A DNA stretch of 64,000 nucleotides from NCBI GenBank assembly GCA_951406725.2, contig OX597819.1, positions 11,160,001 to 11,224,000 on the forward strand. Direction: 5' to 3'. The notes under the pieces were generated by a model. The model saw only the letters and a list, made by a program, of their open reading frames with translations, did not search any database and was not told the origin of the DNA. Of the stretch, positions 1-14,420 are shown one piece after another. A program made the position numbers and the translations under genes. This stretch comes from Octopus vulgaris. Lineage: Eukaryota. Each line of letters begins with the position of its first letter. Position 1 is the first letter of the stretch.

Positions 1-21
1 CAGGTGTCTTTACCTACATCG

Positions 22-60
<39 letters not shown>

Positions 61-414
61 CTAGCATGGAAGGTGATTATTCTAAATGTATAGTAACCAG
101 AGTAAAACAGACTGAAAAAAGTTTAGGGATTTTCTACCACTATTAGCAACAAATATCTTTTCCCACAGAATCAAAGGCAGATTGTGTGATGCAGGTGTTA
201 GAGCTGCAATGGTAATAAGACTTAGGCCTTGAGAATACTTGTAAGAAATGAAGCAAACATTCTCAACTGAGGGCGTAATATCAGTGTGCATGAATGGCAT
301 AGTACAAGTGTGTTGAGATAAAAACTGAGCAAAGGAGGGATCAGACACAGTGTTTAAGAAAGAAGATTGCATTAGTTTGAGCATGTAATGTTTGGGTATG
401 TAATGTTATCAATG

Positions 415-600
415 AGGACCACTCAAGAAGTGCCAACTACTTAGTGTGGCAGAAGTTTGTGGGAGAAGGAGACCCAGGAAGACATGGGTTGAGGTTGTGA
501 CAGCTGACCTCAGGAGTTTGAATCTCATGGAGGTGGTGACAAAGGACCGGGATAACTGGCAATGCAGGTTTTTCAAGAAGATTCATCCACCTCGATAAAA
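415..600 (+). mobile_element. RTE-clade LINE 3' fragment (degenerate)
   Basis: Encodes a GRRRPRKTWVEVVTADL-like C-terminal motif, similar to the RTE copy at 11030-11752. Confidence 0.6.
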
Positions 601-617
601 CTGAGTTCTGGAAGTAC

Positions 618-650
<33 letters not shown>

Positions 651-1284
651 GCTCAAATGAGCACCTCCCTGTATCTCCTCTTCATATCTTCATCTCCTCC
701 ACACATTATCTCTCCCACTGTAGCTCTCCCTTGACACCACTTTATTTTTCCTGAAAGTGCTATATTACTTATGGAAAGTTTTATAGTTTCATCTATTCAC
801 CAGAATAATTAGAAATAAGAACAAAATTTACTAATAAATAGAAATTCAGAGAAACATTTAGGTAAATTAAAAATTGAGAAAGCTCAAATATTTAGAGAGG
901 GTGGAGTTACAGCTTTTTGAAGATTTTATAAAAAGCTATCATAATTTTTTTTTTAACTGGAAGTTATTTCACCTTATGCAAATGGATAATTTATAATAAT
1001 ATTAAAGTGATTTAAAAGAAAAGAGATATAACATGTTATTATAAAATTTTTCAAAATGAAAAACTTGTTGTTTTTGTTTAACTGAGAAAAGTATAATTGT
1101 TCAAAAAGAGAGTTTGAGGTTTTGTATTTCTGCTTATTGATTGAAATATGTAAATTATAGCATGTTAGTATTGTATTTTAAAGATATTTCAAGATAATGT
1201 GTATTTAACAGAGCTATATATGCATATATATATATATATATATATACAGAGAGAGAGAGAGAGCAAAATACACACACAAGCACA

Positions 1285-1326
<42 letters not shown>

Positions 1327-2505
1327 AAGAGGTAGCATCAATCCATGATAAATCAAGAATATCTTGGGTTCATTGAATTGGAATCAGGTGATTTAAAAAT
1401 ATATCTCCATCATATTTTAGCAATAAAGTTTTACTTAACTGTTTATGTATATGTGAAACAAAGGAAAATTCTGCAATGAATTAAATTTTATAATAAGATT
1501 TAAATTATGGTGTGAAAGAATATGAGACCTAAGAGAAAGCGTATAAGAAGAAGTAATATTTTATAAAATATGTAGTCGGATGACTTATGAGGATAGCTAT
1601 AAGAAAGGAACTTAATGAAGCAGTAAGAGGAAATATGAGAGAGTATGTTGCACATAGGAATTAAAGTAGAAAATAATATTAGAATTATTTAACCATAGTG
1701 ATGATTGATAAATTAGTGGTATTTATATGGCTCTTTGAAGTATTCTGCAAGAAAGCTGTCAGATAATATATGTAAATTGGGAAGTAATGTTGTAGGTTGT
1801 GGTTTGTTGAAGTATAGTATGCAAGTTGCAGAGAAATAGTGCTACAGATTGAAATGAATGTGAATAATTTGGAAGTAAGGTACAAGATTAATATGTGTGC
1901 TCTCTCTCAAAAGTACTAAATCATAATTAAAATGGCTTGCTTCTAGGAATCAGGTTTAATATTAAAAGTATGTTACTAAGTTTTAGAAAAACAGCTCAAG
2001 ATGGATTTCTAATATCAATGGATTATTAAAATTTCAAATTGTAATCATATGGTGTGTTGTAGGAAACCTGATTGAAAATATATTAGAAAGAGGTATGCTA
2101 CTGATGTGTTTTCTGATAATAATAATAATAATGATAATAATAGGGTAGAATTAGCGTTTGGTCTTAGAAATGGAAAGATGCAAATCTATAATAATTATAA
2201 AGGTAACTTAATTATAGGTATGTGCTCACAAGATAAAATTTAAAATGCTAGGAATTGTTCTTTACATGCAAGCTATAATTGGAATTTTGAGGAAAAGATT
2301 TGTCAATGAGAATTGTTGTTTGAAATCTGTTTAACTACATAGACTTTGTAACTAAAAGTGAATCGGCAAGGGTGTGATTTTTAGATCAACATAAATTCAG
2401 AAAATGAAGGAGAGCAAAGTGAAAATGAGTAAGGATTAAGGGATACATGTGGGTGTATATGATATAAAGTTGCTTGTCAGCCTCATGTAAAAGTACGGAT
2501 ATATT

Positions 2506-2725
2506 TTTTTTTTCTTTACTACCCACACGAGGCTAAACACAGAGGGGACAAACAAGGACAGACAAACGGATTAAGTCGATTACATCGACCCCAGTGCGTA
2601 ACTGGTACTTAATGTATCGACCCCGAAAGGATGAAAGGCGAATTTGAACTCAGAACGTAACGACAGACGAAATACGGCGACGCATTTCACCCGGCGTGCT
2701 AACGTTTCTGCCAGCTCGCCGCCTG
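2506..2725 (-). mobile_element. SINE family C (ggcggcgagctggcagaaacgttagc... head)
   Basis: Matches other family C copies. 13-bp TSD gtacggatatatt at 2493-2505 and 2726-2738. Confidence 0.9.
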
Positions 2726-2808
2726 GTACGGATATATTAACTTGGTAACCCCTCTAGATGTGCTGGAATGTAAAGTATCATATGATATTTAATACAATAA
2801 GGTTAGCA

Positions 2809-3026
2809 GAACTAAAATGGCAATTACAGAGTGGAAGAAACATATTAACTATTCAAAAATACGCAAAAACTGTGAACTTCACTTAATCATTTATTATTTA
2901 GTGATGGCTATTTGCATTCTCAGCATCCTGGTCACTGACACCAAATATTAAATGATTAAGTTAATAGTTTTTCTGTGTTTTTAAATGGTTAATATGTGTT
3001 TTTCCACACTGATTGTTTTAGTTTCA
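2809..3026. mobile_element. Degenerate foldback/MITE-like inverted repeat (~95-bp arms)
   Basis: aaacatattaactatt...acttaatcatttattatttagtg is mirrored by caccaaatattaaatgattaagt...aatggttaatatgtgttt. Confidence 0.6.
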
Positions 3027-3097
3027 CCATAAAGTTTCATATTAAATCACTTGCTAAGCAAGTACAATTTCAGAACTAAAATGGTCACTTAAATATG

Positions 3098-3484
3098 ATG
3101 GAAGCACTCCGTCGGTTACGACGATGAGGGTTCCGGTTGATGCGAATCAACGGAACAGCCTGCTCGTGAAATTAACATGTAAGTGGCTGAGCACGCCACA
3201 GACACATGCACCCTTAACGTAGTTCTCGGGGATATTCAGCGTGACACAGAGAGTGACAAGGCCAGCCCTTTGAAATACAGGTACAACAGAAACAGGAAGT
3301 AAGAGTGAGAGAAAGTTGTGGTGAAAGAGTACAGCAGGGATCACCACCACCCCCTGCCGGAGCTTCGTGGAGCTTTTAGGTGTTTTCGCTCAATAAACAC
3401 TCACAACGCCCGGTCTGAGAATCGAAACCGCGATCGTATGACTGCGAGTCTGCTGCCCTAACCACTGGGCCATTGTGCCTCCTC
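3098..3484 (-). mobile_element. tRNA-derived SINE family A, tail type 1
   Basis: Pol III-like head (gaggcacaatggcccagtggttagggcag...ggtttcgattc). Nearly identical to 7900-8291. Flanked by cacttaaRtat. Confidence 0.9.
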
Positions 3485-4344
3485 ACTTAAGTATAGACAC
3501 AGTTTCACTGTATATAGTAATATTATACTACATGGGTAAGCATTAATAAGCAAGGAAAAGAGGATGGTAAAAGCTAGAAGAAAATAAGTATAAGGTATAA
3601 ATGATACGGTTAAAACCATTTTTCTTTGTACTAATAATTTTAATTTTTCCATTGGTGTATGGCTACTTCCAATCTGGTTAATAAAATATAATAATGGACA
3701 TTTTATGACATCCGTATATTTGAAAGTTTCCCAGTTGTGATGTTTCCCATACATCATCATCATTGTTTTAATGTCCATTTGTGCATGGGTCAGATGAAAT
3801 TGGCTCAGGTAGATTTTTTATTCCTGTTATCCATGCAAAGGAAATATTTCCCTAAGGCAAGATATGTCTTTCATGGAAGAGTGGTAACAAACAGTATCCC
3901 ATGTACAATGGTGGTGTTTGAACCCAGATCCAGAGATGTTCAATATGTTCTCTTGAAAAGCTATATCTCTTTAAAAATTTGACAGGCTCCAACCACAGGT
4001 TCCAACTACAGGCTCCAACTCAGCCTCCCAGGAATGAGAATTTTTGTTTATGCTCCTCATTTGCTACTCCTCTCATTGTATTTTTGCGAGTATTATCATT
4101 ATAAACCCTTATTAATATTCTCTCGCTATTCTGTCTTATTCTGTCTAGTTCTATACTTCCATCTTACTGTCGATGTCTTTTTGTCTTAAACACTAGCTCA
4201 AGCATTTCCTTAATTTGCAACATATTCTTTCACAATTTTTTCTTTTGCCCTTACTTATAAATTATATATATATATATCATCATCATCATCATCATCATTT
4301 AGCATCCATGGTATGCGGACGCTAAATGGTGATGATGATGATGA

Positions 4345-4860
4345 TATATATATATATGAAATTGCTGACGTGGCTGATGACACTACTGCCTAATTGGCAC
4401 TCATGCCAGCGGAACGGTAAATGCACATCCACACATGATCGCTGCCAGGTCCACGGATTGGCTCCTGTGCCAGTGACACATGAAAAGCACCATTCGAGCA
4501 TGATCGTTGCCAGTGTCACTTTACCGGCACATATGCTGGTGGCACGGGAAAAGCAACATTCGAGTGTGGTCATTGCCAGAGCCGCCGGACTGGCTCCCGT
4601 GCAGGTAGCACGTAAAAACACCTTTTGAGCATGTGTATGGTCATTGCGAGAACCTCCTGACTGGTCCTCATGCTGGTGGCACGTAAAAAGTACCCACTAC
4701 ACTCTCGGAGTGATTGACATTAGGAAAGGCATCCAGCTGTAGAAACTTTGCCAGACTAGATTGAGCCTGGAGCGGCCTCTGACTCACCAGTCCTCAGTCA
4801 AACTGTCCAACCCATGCCAGCATAGAACGCAGAGGTTAAACGATGATGATCATCATCATA
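4345..4860 (+). mobile_element. RTE 3'-UTR-derived repeat with internal ~60-bp units and (GAT)n tail
   Basis: Reverse complement of the 3' UTR seen at 10605-10860 and 27030-27550. Confidence 0.75.
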
Positions 4861-4865
4861 TATAT

Positions 4866-5290
4866 AGGCGCAGGGGTGGCTGTGTGGTAAGTAGCTTGCT
4901 TATCAGCCACATTGTTCTGGGTTCAGTCCCACTGCATGGCACCTTGGGCAAATGTCTTCTACTATAGCCTTGGGCTGACCAAAGCCTTGTGAATGGATTT
5001 GGTAGGACAGAAACTGAAAGAAGCCTGTCATATATATATATATATATATATGTTATATGTATATAAATATATATTTATATGTTCGTGTGTCTGTGTTTGT
5101 CCCTACCTCCATTGCTTTAACAACCAATGTTGGTGTGTTTACATTCCCATAACTTAGCAGTTCAGCAAAAGCGATCGATAGAATAAGTACTAGGCTTACA
5201 AAGAATATGTTCTGGGGTTCATTTGTTCGACTAAAAGCGGTTCTCCATCATGGCTGCAGTCAAATGACTAAAACAAATAAAAGGAAAAAC
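4866..5290 (+). mobile_element. SINE family B
   Basis: aggcgcagg.gtggctgtgtggtaagtagc head, internal (TA)/(TG) tract, ...cagtcaaatgactaaaacaa tail. Confidence 0.9.
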
Positions 5291-5825
5291 AAAAAAGAAT
5301 ACACACACACACACATATACATATATATAAATATGTATATATGTGTGTGTGTATGGGTGTGTGTCTGTATATTTGTGTGTATGTGTGTGTGTGTCTGTAT
5401 ATTTGTGTGTATGTGTGTACATGTATACAAGTATGGTGAATAAAAATAAAATTCAAAATATGAATCCCTCAGAGGATTTAAGAGGGACAGACAATTGCAA
5501 TATGCTGTACTTAAGAAGACTCATCTTTCTCTGCAGAATTAGGGTTTTGCTGAGCCTTCCCCCCTACAACTCATCTTCTAGCACACACTCTTTCACCAAT
5601 CTTCTGTGTTGCCTCATTTCCTTCCTTCACTTTCTCTTGCATCCGATTCATTCCTTGTCTCTGATCATGTCACACTATTCTTACTCTGCGCACCTACCTA
5701 CACATGCATTTTTCCCCCCTATTCTTTCCTATTCTGTGTCTGTATTCACCTTCTACCTTGATCTCACATTCTCTTCCTCTCTTCTCTCCACACACACACA
5801 CACACACACATGTATATGTATATAT

Positions 5826-6130
5826 CACATGATCACGTGACCGACCAGACCATCAGATGTTGCCACACATCGCTGGTCACAATGCGTTCGCATTGTTTTA
5901 GCCTTCGAATGACGCCACCCCGCTGGCTAAGTGAGCAGGCCAACAGATGAAAGAGTGAGAGAAAGAGTGGTGAAAGAGTACAGCAGGGATCACCACTCCC
6001 TGCCGGAGCCTCGTGGAGCGTTTTAGGTGTTTTCGCTCAATAAACACTCATAACGCCCGGTCTGGGAATCGAAACCGCGATCCTACGACTGCGAGTCCGC
6101 TGCCCTAACCACTAGGCCATTGCACCTCCA
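5826..6130 (-). mobile_element. tRNA-derived SINE family A, tail type 2
   Basis: Same head as 3098-3484 but a different 3' tail (...ctgatggtctggtcggtcacgtgatc). Matches 48527-48824. Confidence 0.9.
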
Positions 6131-6361
6131 CATATGTATATATAGTTGTATTAAATGAAACACTTATCATTCAAGGTTGATTTGTAGGATCTCATTATCT
6201 GGTAGTAAAATTTTAATCTCAACCTTCAGACAATCTCTTTCTTTTATTTTAATTAAACCAATTTTTTCTATAATTAATCCCAAAAAACTATAAAAAATTC
6301 ACAACTGGACACATCATTAAATTAACAGCCTGCTGATTGAAATGTTGAATATTTATGTATC

Positions 6362-6762
6362 AAGCGCAGGAGTGGCTGTGTGGTAAGTAGCTTGCTAACC
6401 AACCACATTGTTCTGGGCAAGTGTCTTCTGCTATAGCCCCGGGCTGACCAATGCCTTGTGAGTGGATTTGGTAGACGGAAACTGAAAGAAGCCTGTCGTA
6501 TATATGTATATATATATATATATGTGTGTGTTTGTGTATATGTTTGTGTGTCTGTGTTTGTCCCCCTAGCATCGCTTGACAACCGATGCTGGTGTGTTTA
6601 CGTCCCCGTTACTTAGCGGTTCGGCAAAAGAGACCGATAGAATAAGTACTGGGCTTACAAAGAATAAGTCCCGGGGTCGATTTGCTCGACTAAAGGCGGT
6701 GCTCCAGCATGGCCGCAGTCAAATGACTGAAACAAGTAAAAGAGTAAAAAGAGTAAAGAGAG
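6362..6762 (+). mobile_element. SINE family B (internal deletion in head)
   Basis: High identity to other B copies; (gagtaaaa)n tail. Confidence 0.9.
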
Positions 6763-7089
6763 TACAGGTGCTGAGATTTATTGCTGGCAAAGACATTTCA
6801 CTCTCAATAGACTAGTCCACCAAGCTGTAAATAAGTATTGACACAAGAGTCATTGTCATAAGAAAAATTAGTGATGCTTTATAATAGAAAAATGTTTCAT
6901 TACTGCACAAACCTCCATATATTACAGATACTGAAACAAGCAACCCTATAGAGATGTACTCATTGGCTTGTGTAGTTTATGGAGTCAATATAGTGTAAAA
7001 TGTGTCAATAAATGGTAGAAATAAGTTGGTTCCTACTTCAGTTACTGGTACTCTTAGCCATATTAAACAAAAGCAATTTGCCTACTTAA

Positions 7090-7311
7090 CCCTTTCGTTA
7101 CTAACCCAGCTGAAACCGGCTCTGGCTCTGTTGTACAAATGTCTTGTTTTCATAAGTTTTGAATTAATATCTTCCACCAAACCTTAGTTACAATTTATAT
7201 TCCTAACACTAGCTTAATGATAACCAAATTATTTTACTAAATTCTTTGTTATATTTAAAATCAATTGAAAGAAACACAGAGCAGCTCAATGGAAATACAG
7301 TAACGAAAGGG
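7090..7311. mobile_element. piggyBac-like MITE
   Basis: TIR CCCTTTCGTTACT...AGTAACGAAAGGG, flanked by TTAA and TTAT. Confidence 0.75.
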
Positions 7312-7899
7312 TTATATCATCCTGCTTTCCTCCATCACATCAGGTTACTTTAAGCTCAGAATAGCATCATTAGTTACAGGAAGCCTCAGTGTAAAGTTAT
7401 TGTTACATTAGGTCTAAACAGAATGTTCTTTAGCACTCTAGGTTCATATATATGTAACATTGGTAATCACAATAGGTCCTAATACAACAATGATTGTCAA
7501 ATTAGACCCAAATTAATTATTGCCAAACAAGTACTAAATTTTGTGCTGCTTAATAATTATTTTCAGTGGCTATACATTTTTGAAATAACAACATACATAC
7601 TGATCAAATTATTTTCTGTAACAATCACCACTGTGTTTGAACATGTCCAAATATGTTGAATGTCAACTAGACAGATGCAATAAACAATAATTGCTATGCT
7701 GCAATTAACATAATGAAACAGTGCATGATAGAATGTGTCGCATGGCCCCAGACCAAACTAAAGCATTGAATAAAGGGGGTGGAAGGTCTCTGCGTTGCTT
7801 CTAACTGTAATTGGCCTTCTACTGACTACTATTTTACTCAAGCAAAACTAATTACATCTATACAAGCCAGTGAGGGAGCACTATGGACCTGCAAAATAT

Positions 7900-8291
7900 G
7901 GATGGATGGAAGCACTCCGTCGGTTACGACGATGAGGGTTCCAGTTGATCCGATCAACGGAACAGCCTGCTCGTGAAATTAACGTGTAAGTGACTGAGCA
8001 CTCCACAGACACGTGTACCCTTAACGTAGTTCTCGGGAATATTCAGCGTGACACAGAGAGTGACAAGGCTGGCCCTTTGAAATACAGGTACAACAGAAAC
8101 AGGAAGTAAGAGTGAGAGAAAGTTGTGGTGAAAGAGTACAGCAGGGATCACCACCATCCCCTGCCGGAGCCTCGTGGAGCTTTTAGGCGTTTTCGCTCAA
8201 TAAACACTCACAACGCCCGGTCTGGAAATCGAAACCGCGATCCTATGACCGCGAGTCCGCTGCCCTAACCACTGGGCCATTGCGCCTCCAC
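7900..8291 (-). mobile_element. SINE family A, tail type 1
   Basis: 13-bp TSD acctgcaaaatat at 7887-7899 and 8293-8305. Confidence 0.92.
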
Positions 8292-8978
8292 CACCTGCAA
8301 AATATAGCAACCAAATCTCCTTCAAATCATACCTAACCATTTACAAAAAAAGGAAGAGCACATTAGATAGCATTCACTGTTTTGAAAAAGGGATTGAATG
8401 TGTGCAGCTGCAATGCCATTGACCATCGGTCAGTTGGCTTAAGTCTAATATGGGGCTAAACAGCAACTGTAGATACACAACTTCTCTTAGCTATAGATCA
8501 ATAATTAATCTTTTAGCATCTAGTAGTGGTTAAAATGTTGGTTGAATGATTGCTCACCAGCCTTCATACAACTCATTTGCAGAACAAGGTCCAACATCTA
8601 ATTTCATGGTGGACCGAGACCAATGGGCAGTTTGGTCTCAGTAATGAAGTAGCTCGCTGTCACCTTGTTCAAGCTACATGGAACTTGAACTTAGTACTGC
8701 AAAACAACCAAACACTCTTTAATCATACCGAGCTCCTGCTCCTTAGAACAGTGAACCATATCAGCTGTTTACAGTTATGTCATCAGAACCAATGAAAGTT
8801 AATGTTTTGGCTAGGAATACAGGGCAGTATTTATGATGGGAAGACAACTGTCAAGACTTTAGATAATTGCCTGACAACTTGTTGATGTGGCTTGCCTTAA
8901 AGGACAGTTAAGAATTCACTGGTCAAAGGATGCAAGTACAAAATTTTGGACAGGATACATGACATGGGAGACCAAAAA

Positions 8979-9393
8979 GGCAGTGAGCTGGCAGAAACGT
9001 TAGCACACCGGGCGAAATGCTTTGCGGTATTTCACCTGCCATTACATTGTGAGTTCAAATTCCGCCGAGGTCGACTTTGCCTTTCATCCTTTCGGGGTCG
9101 ATTAAATAAGTACCAGTTTCGCACTGGGATCGATATAATCTACTTAATCCATTTGTCTGTCCTTGTTTGTCCTCTCTGTGTTTAGCCCCTTCTGGGTAGT
9201 AAAGAATTAGGTATTTCGCCTGCCGTTACGTTCTGAGTTCAAATTCCGCCGAGGTTGACTTTGCCTTTCATCCTTTCGGGGTCAATTAAATAAGTACCAG
9301 TTTCGCGCTGGGATCGATATAATCGACTTAATCCATTTGTCTGTCCTTGTTTGTCCTCTCTGTGTTTAGCACTTTGTGGGTAGTAAAGAAATA
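8979..9393 (+). mobile_element. SINE family C, dimeric form
   Basis: Head plus body followed by a second, headless body starting at ggtatttcg (~9210). Confidence 0.88.
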
Positions 9394-9514
9394 GGTATCC
9401 AGTCAGATGTTGAAAATGCACAGACTTCTAATAACAATCTGGAATATGAACAGACATGGTTGCAGAAACAGGAAAAAAAATAGTAACTGGAATAGCAAAA
9501 GAGAGAGAGACTGT

Positions 9515-9897
9515 CATCATCATCATTGTTTGACCGTGGTCGAGACAATGGAATTTACCATGCTACGCCAGACTTCACGGTCCATCATGGCATTATGGAG
9601 GTCCTGTTGCTGGATGCCTGTATCCCTGGAGATTACATCAGGATAGGAGAGTGTGCGCCCTCTGGTATTGCGAGTAGATGGCTTCCAGAGGAGAAGAGTA
9701 GAGATTGCATCGTTTTCAGCTCTACAACAATGTCCAGCAAACTGGACTCTCTTACCTTTCACAAGAGATGACACAGGTGGTAGTTTCCCTTATATTTGCA
9801 TTTTGGTTGGATTGCGCTTCCACGAGAGATTTTGAGCTCTTATAAGGAGGCGAGTGTAGGTTCCATCCAACCGCCTCTCAAGCTTCTTTGAGAGACT
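9515..9897 (-). mobile_element. RTE/RTEX-like LINE 3' fragment
   Basis: ORF 9523-9774 (VQFAGHCCRAENDAISTLLLW...GRTLSYPDVISRDTG...DREVWRSMV) followed by a (GAT)n tail. Confidence 0.75.
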
Positions 9898-10280
9898 GTA
9901 ATAACTGTAATAGTAACAAATATATCACAATTCTAGCAACAGTTACTTCATTTATTCCATTCTATCTTCAATAACATTGCTGTTGTTATTTGTCACATTT
10001 GTTATCGCTGTAGTTACCATTGTAATTGTTATTGCTATTACTGGTGTTGTTGTTACTTTTGCAGTTGCCCTCTCTCTTATTGCAGTAGCTTTTAGGCAAC
10101 TATTCAATGAATGCCATTATTTAGTCTGACATTCATTTCATCCATTTCTATTTATCGAATGACAAAGGCCACCATAACTTGGTGAATGTAAATATTATAT
10201 GATATTTCTGTTCAATGTACCAATTTATATATATAAAAAAAAAATAAAGCATGCACGTATGTGTGTATGTGTGTGCATGT

Positions 10281-10312
<32 letters not shown>

Positions 10313-10494
10313 ACATAGTTTATAGATCCAATATAGGTAGAATCAATGCAAATGTACTTCATCCAGTGAGAGATAAATATCAAGTTAATACTCAACCAAA
10401 ATAGTTATTAATAGCTTTATGATACTTTAACTAGGCATATTTATATAATATGCCATGTATCTCCAAGCAATCTTTCAGGCTCTCGATATATACA

Positions 10495-10541
<47 letters not shown>

Positions 10542-10545
10542 GTAT

Positions 10546-10576
<31 letters not shown>

Positions 10577-10604
10577 TATATATATACGTATGTATGTATG
10601 TATG

Positions 10605-11760
10605 TATCATCATCATCATCATCATCATCATTTAACGTCCATTTTCCATGCTTTTGACTGGGGTCTGGGAAGCCAGGAGGTTGCACCAGGCTCCAGTCTG
10701 ATCTGGCAGTGTTTCTACAGCTGGATGCCCTTCCTAACGCCAACCACTCCGTGAGTGTAGTGGGTGCTTTTTATGTGCCACCAGCACAGAAGCCAGTCAA
10801 GGCGGCACTGGCATCAGCCACGTTCGAATGGTGCTTTTTACATGCCACCGGCACAGGTATCACAACTACAATTTCCATTTGATATTTATTTGGATGTTGA
10901 TATACTTGACTGAATAGGTCTCCTCAAGCACAGCAGGTCACCCTACAATCCAAGACTGTCCTGTGATCCAAGGTACTTTGGATGGGCTGGGGCTGCTATG
11001 TGAAGCTGGTGCAGGAAACAGACATGAACTCACGTTATTTGTCGGGTCTTCGGAGTCACAGCATATTTCCAGAGGTCTCCATCTTTCGTCATTGCTTCTG
11101 TGAGGCCCAACGTTCGAAGGTCATGCTTGACCACCTCATCCCATGTCTTCCTGGGTCTACCTCTACTCCAGATTCCTTCCACTGTTTGGGAGTGGCACTT
11201 CTTCACACATCTCTCCTCATCCATCTGTAGTACATGACCATACCAGTGCAAACGTCTCTCTTGCATGCCACATCCGATGCTTCTTATGTCCAGCATTTCT
11301 CTCAGGGTGCTTATACTCTGTCGTGTGTGCACACCGACATTATACATCCAGCGAATCATGCTAGCTTCATTTCTTTCAAGCCTACGCATGTCCTCTGCAG
11401 TCACAGCCCATGTTTCACTGCTATGAAGCATGGCAGTTCGCACACATGCGTCATACAATCTACCTTTCACTCTGAGCGAGAGACCCGTTGTCACCAGTAG
11501 GGGTAGAAGCTTTCTAAACTTTGCCCAGGCTATTCTTATTCTAGTGGTGACACTCTCTGAGCATCCACCTCCACTACTAACTTGGTCACCTAGGTAACAG
11601 AAACTATCAACTACTTCTAGTTTCTCTCCCTGGAGTGTGATGGAAGCTGTTTTACAAGTATCTGTGGTGTCTATTGCCCCTATGCATCTGCCGCATATGA
11701 AAGCTATCTTCTCGGTTAGTTTTCCTTTGATGTTGCTGCACCTCTTATGCATCCATAGCT
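10605..11760 (-). mobile_element. 5'-truncated RTE-clade LINE (RT C-terminus, 3' UTR, (GAT)n tail)
   Basis: 240-aa ORF 11030-11752 with LEVVDSFCYLG, RIRIAW, SETW, RRLHWYGHV and RGRPRKTW motifs. Confidence 0.92.
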
Positions 11761-12300
11761 CACAATATATATTTATATATATAAAATTATTACATTATAT
11801 AAAAGGGCTTAGTAAAATAAATTACTTTGCCGCATACTGAACTCATTAGAAATAGCAGCTAAAAAAACTTTTTTAAAAACTATCTCCAATACTTAACGAA
11901 AATCTCTCTCGTATAGTGTTTGCTCAATTCAACTCACGAAAGTATGAGGGTAGAGACATTAAAAAATCAAATGCAAAGGTTATTTGAGAACGTACGTTTC
12001 AAGATTAGTCAAATCGACTAATGTATTTATATATATATATATATATGGTAATAATGGAATGTTTTAGAGATTTCTGTCGACCTTTTTTCGAGTAGCATGC
12101 ATATTGTGAAAAAATTATATGGTTAATGGACAATATGTCCAATTTTTCGGCATATCTGGCATTAGAAATTTTTTCGTTTGCCCTTAATTATGAATTGTTT
12201 ATAGATTTAACATTTAAAGGTATTTTTTGATATGTTGGCCATTGATAAATTTTTTTTGAAAAGGAATATATTTTTTTCGAAAAAAATTTTATCCTTCATT

Positions 12301-12355
<55 letters not shown>

Positions 12356-12649
12356 TGCAGTGTGGAAGGTGTTTATACACACACACACATACACACATAT
12401 ACACACATATATTTTGCAACTGCAGAATGTGGTTCAGAGAGATGACAAAGGAGCATCAACACATTTTGATAATATTCAATCTGGAAGTGTCATCAACATG
12501 AGCAGACTTGACAGACAAACATCAACAGAAAAAAAGACAAGACGGGTTCAATCTCAACGCGTTGCACTTTGGAGAAGAATCTTTTTACCAGACAAACTCT
12601 TGTGTATGACATTTAGTATACATAAATTGTATGGAGGTCCATCACATGT

Positions 12650-12683
<34 letters not shown>

Positions 12684-13110
12684 CTCTTACTCTTTTACTC
12701 TTTTACTTCTTTCAGTCATTTGACTGCGGCCATGCTGGAGCACCGCCTTTTTAGTCGAGCAAATCGACCCCAGGACTTATTCTTTGTAAGCCTAGTACTT
12801 ATCCTATTGGTCTCTTTTGCCGAACCACTAAGTAACTGGGATGTAAACACACCAGCATCGGTTGTCAAGCGACGTTGGGGAGACAAACACAGGCACACAA
12901 AACACACACACACACACATATATATACATATATATATATATATATATGACGGGCTTCTTTCAGTTTCCGTCTACCAAATCCACTCACAAGGCTTTGGTCG
13001 GCCCGGGGCTATAGCAGAAGACACTTGCCCAAGGTGCCACGCAGTGGGACTGAACCCGGAACTGTTTGGTTGGTAAGCAAGCTACTTACCACACAGCCAC
13101 TCCTGCGCCT
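12684..13110 (-). mobile_element. SINE family B
   Basis: Full-length reverse-complement copy. Confidence 0.9.
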
Positions 13111-13959
13111 ATTTTAAGTCCTCATTTTAAGACTGCAGTAGGCATGATTTTCAGGGCATTTGACTGCAATTTCTAACAGATCAAACGACCACAAAGAGCC
13201 TTCTTTGTTGTCACATTGTCCGCTTGTTGTTCATGGTTACTGTTGTTACTTCCACTGGTTTTATTATTTTTCTCTATTGTGGCAATTGTCGCATCAAACA
13301 TTGGCTGCTGCTGTTTCTGCCGCAATTAATAATAATAAGAGATACAAATGTGCAGAAAGCTTATTGTTATTTTGGTTTCATTTTGTTACTTTTTTTTATC
13401 CAAAAGTTCTTTAAAATTATTTGCACATTTATTCATTGTTTCGTTAACATTATCATTATTTTTAATATCAATTTATGCTTTCATTTTATGGTTTTAGTAA
13501 TATAATATTTTTATTAATATTTAATTGGTTTTTTTAAAAATTATTATCAAAATTATTAATAAAATAGTACATTTCTTATTTTGCTTAATTTGTTGTACTT
13601 TTTAAAAATTCCATTATTATTGTTGTTGTTGCTTTTTAATTTATCCTTTTCTTCTATTCAGATCATTCTTTTATAATCATTTTTGTATTCATTTCATTAT
13701 CATTTGTTTATTATTTCTTTATTACAGATTTCCTTTTTAAATTTTAATTATCATACATTTTTTATTATTTATTTATTATAGTTGTTATTCTTTAAAACAA
13801 AATAAATTCAATTTAAAACTGAACCTCCTTCAAGATGGAATATACTTTTATCAATTTAAATTCAGTTTGTTGAAAATTTGCAAAAGATTTGGAGTGGAGG
13901 GTGGACTGCATGGGGGTGTTTATTTTATTATTTATTTGTTTACTCTTCTATATCCTTCA

Positions 13960-14420
13960 ACTCTTTCCTTTTCCCTCACTTTCTCTTCCTCTTCTTCCTT
14001 TTACTTCTCTTTATCTCTTTAATTTACCCTCTTTTTCTTTCTTTTGTTTTTTTCTCTTTTTCATATATTCAATCTCTCATTTGCTTTCTGCTTTCTCTTT
14101 ACTATTCCCTTCTTTCCTCCCCCCTCTCTCTCTCTCCACAGGGTTTTTTCCTTTCTTTTTTACTCTCTTTCACTCACTTTCATTTGCTCTCTTTTCCATA
14201 CCATTCATCTCTCTCTCTCTCTCTTTCTCTTTTTACTCTCTTTTTCTTTTACTCTCCCTCTTACTCTTTTTTCTCTCTGCCTGTTTTACAGTTTGTCTTA
14301 CTATATTTCTTTCTTCTGTCTCTCCTCTCTCTCTCTCTCCTATAACTTTCTGTTTCTCCCCCATTCCTTTTACCTGACGTTCTTTATTTTATTTTTTCTT
14401 CTTCTCACCTTCTCTTACAG
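13960..14420 (+). repeat. CT-rich low-complexity tract leading into the exon a acceptor
   Basis: ~460 nt of strongly pyrimidine-rich sequence. Confidence 0.8.

Noticed and set aside
11985-12025. Hammerhead half (minus-strand GAAACGTACGTT palindrome plus small hairpin)
   Set aside because: No CUGANGA segment is present before the (TA)n tract, so it is incomplete.
12360-13076. 238-aa ORF
   Set aside because: It runs through microsatellites and an antisense SINE B copy, with no protein-like motifs.
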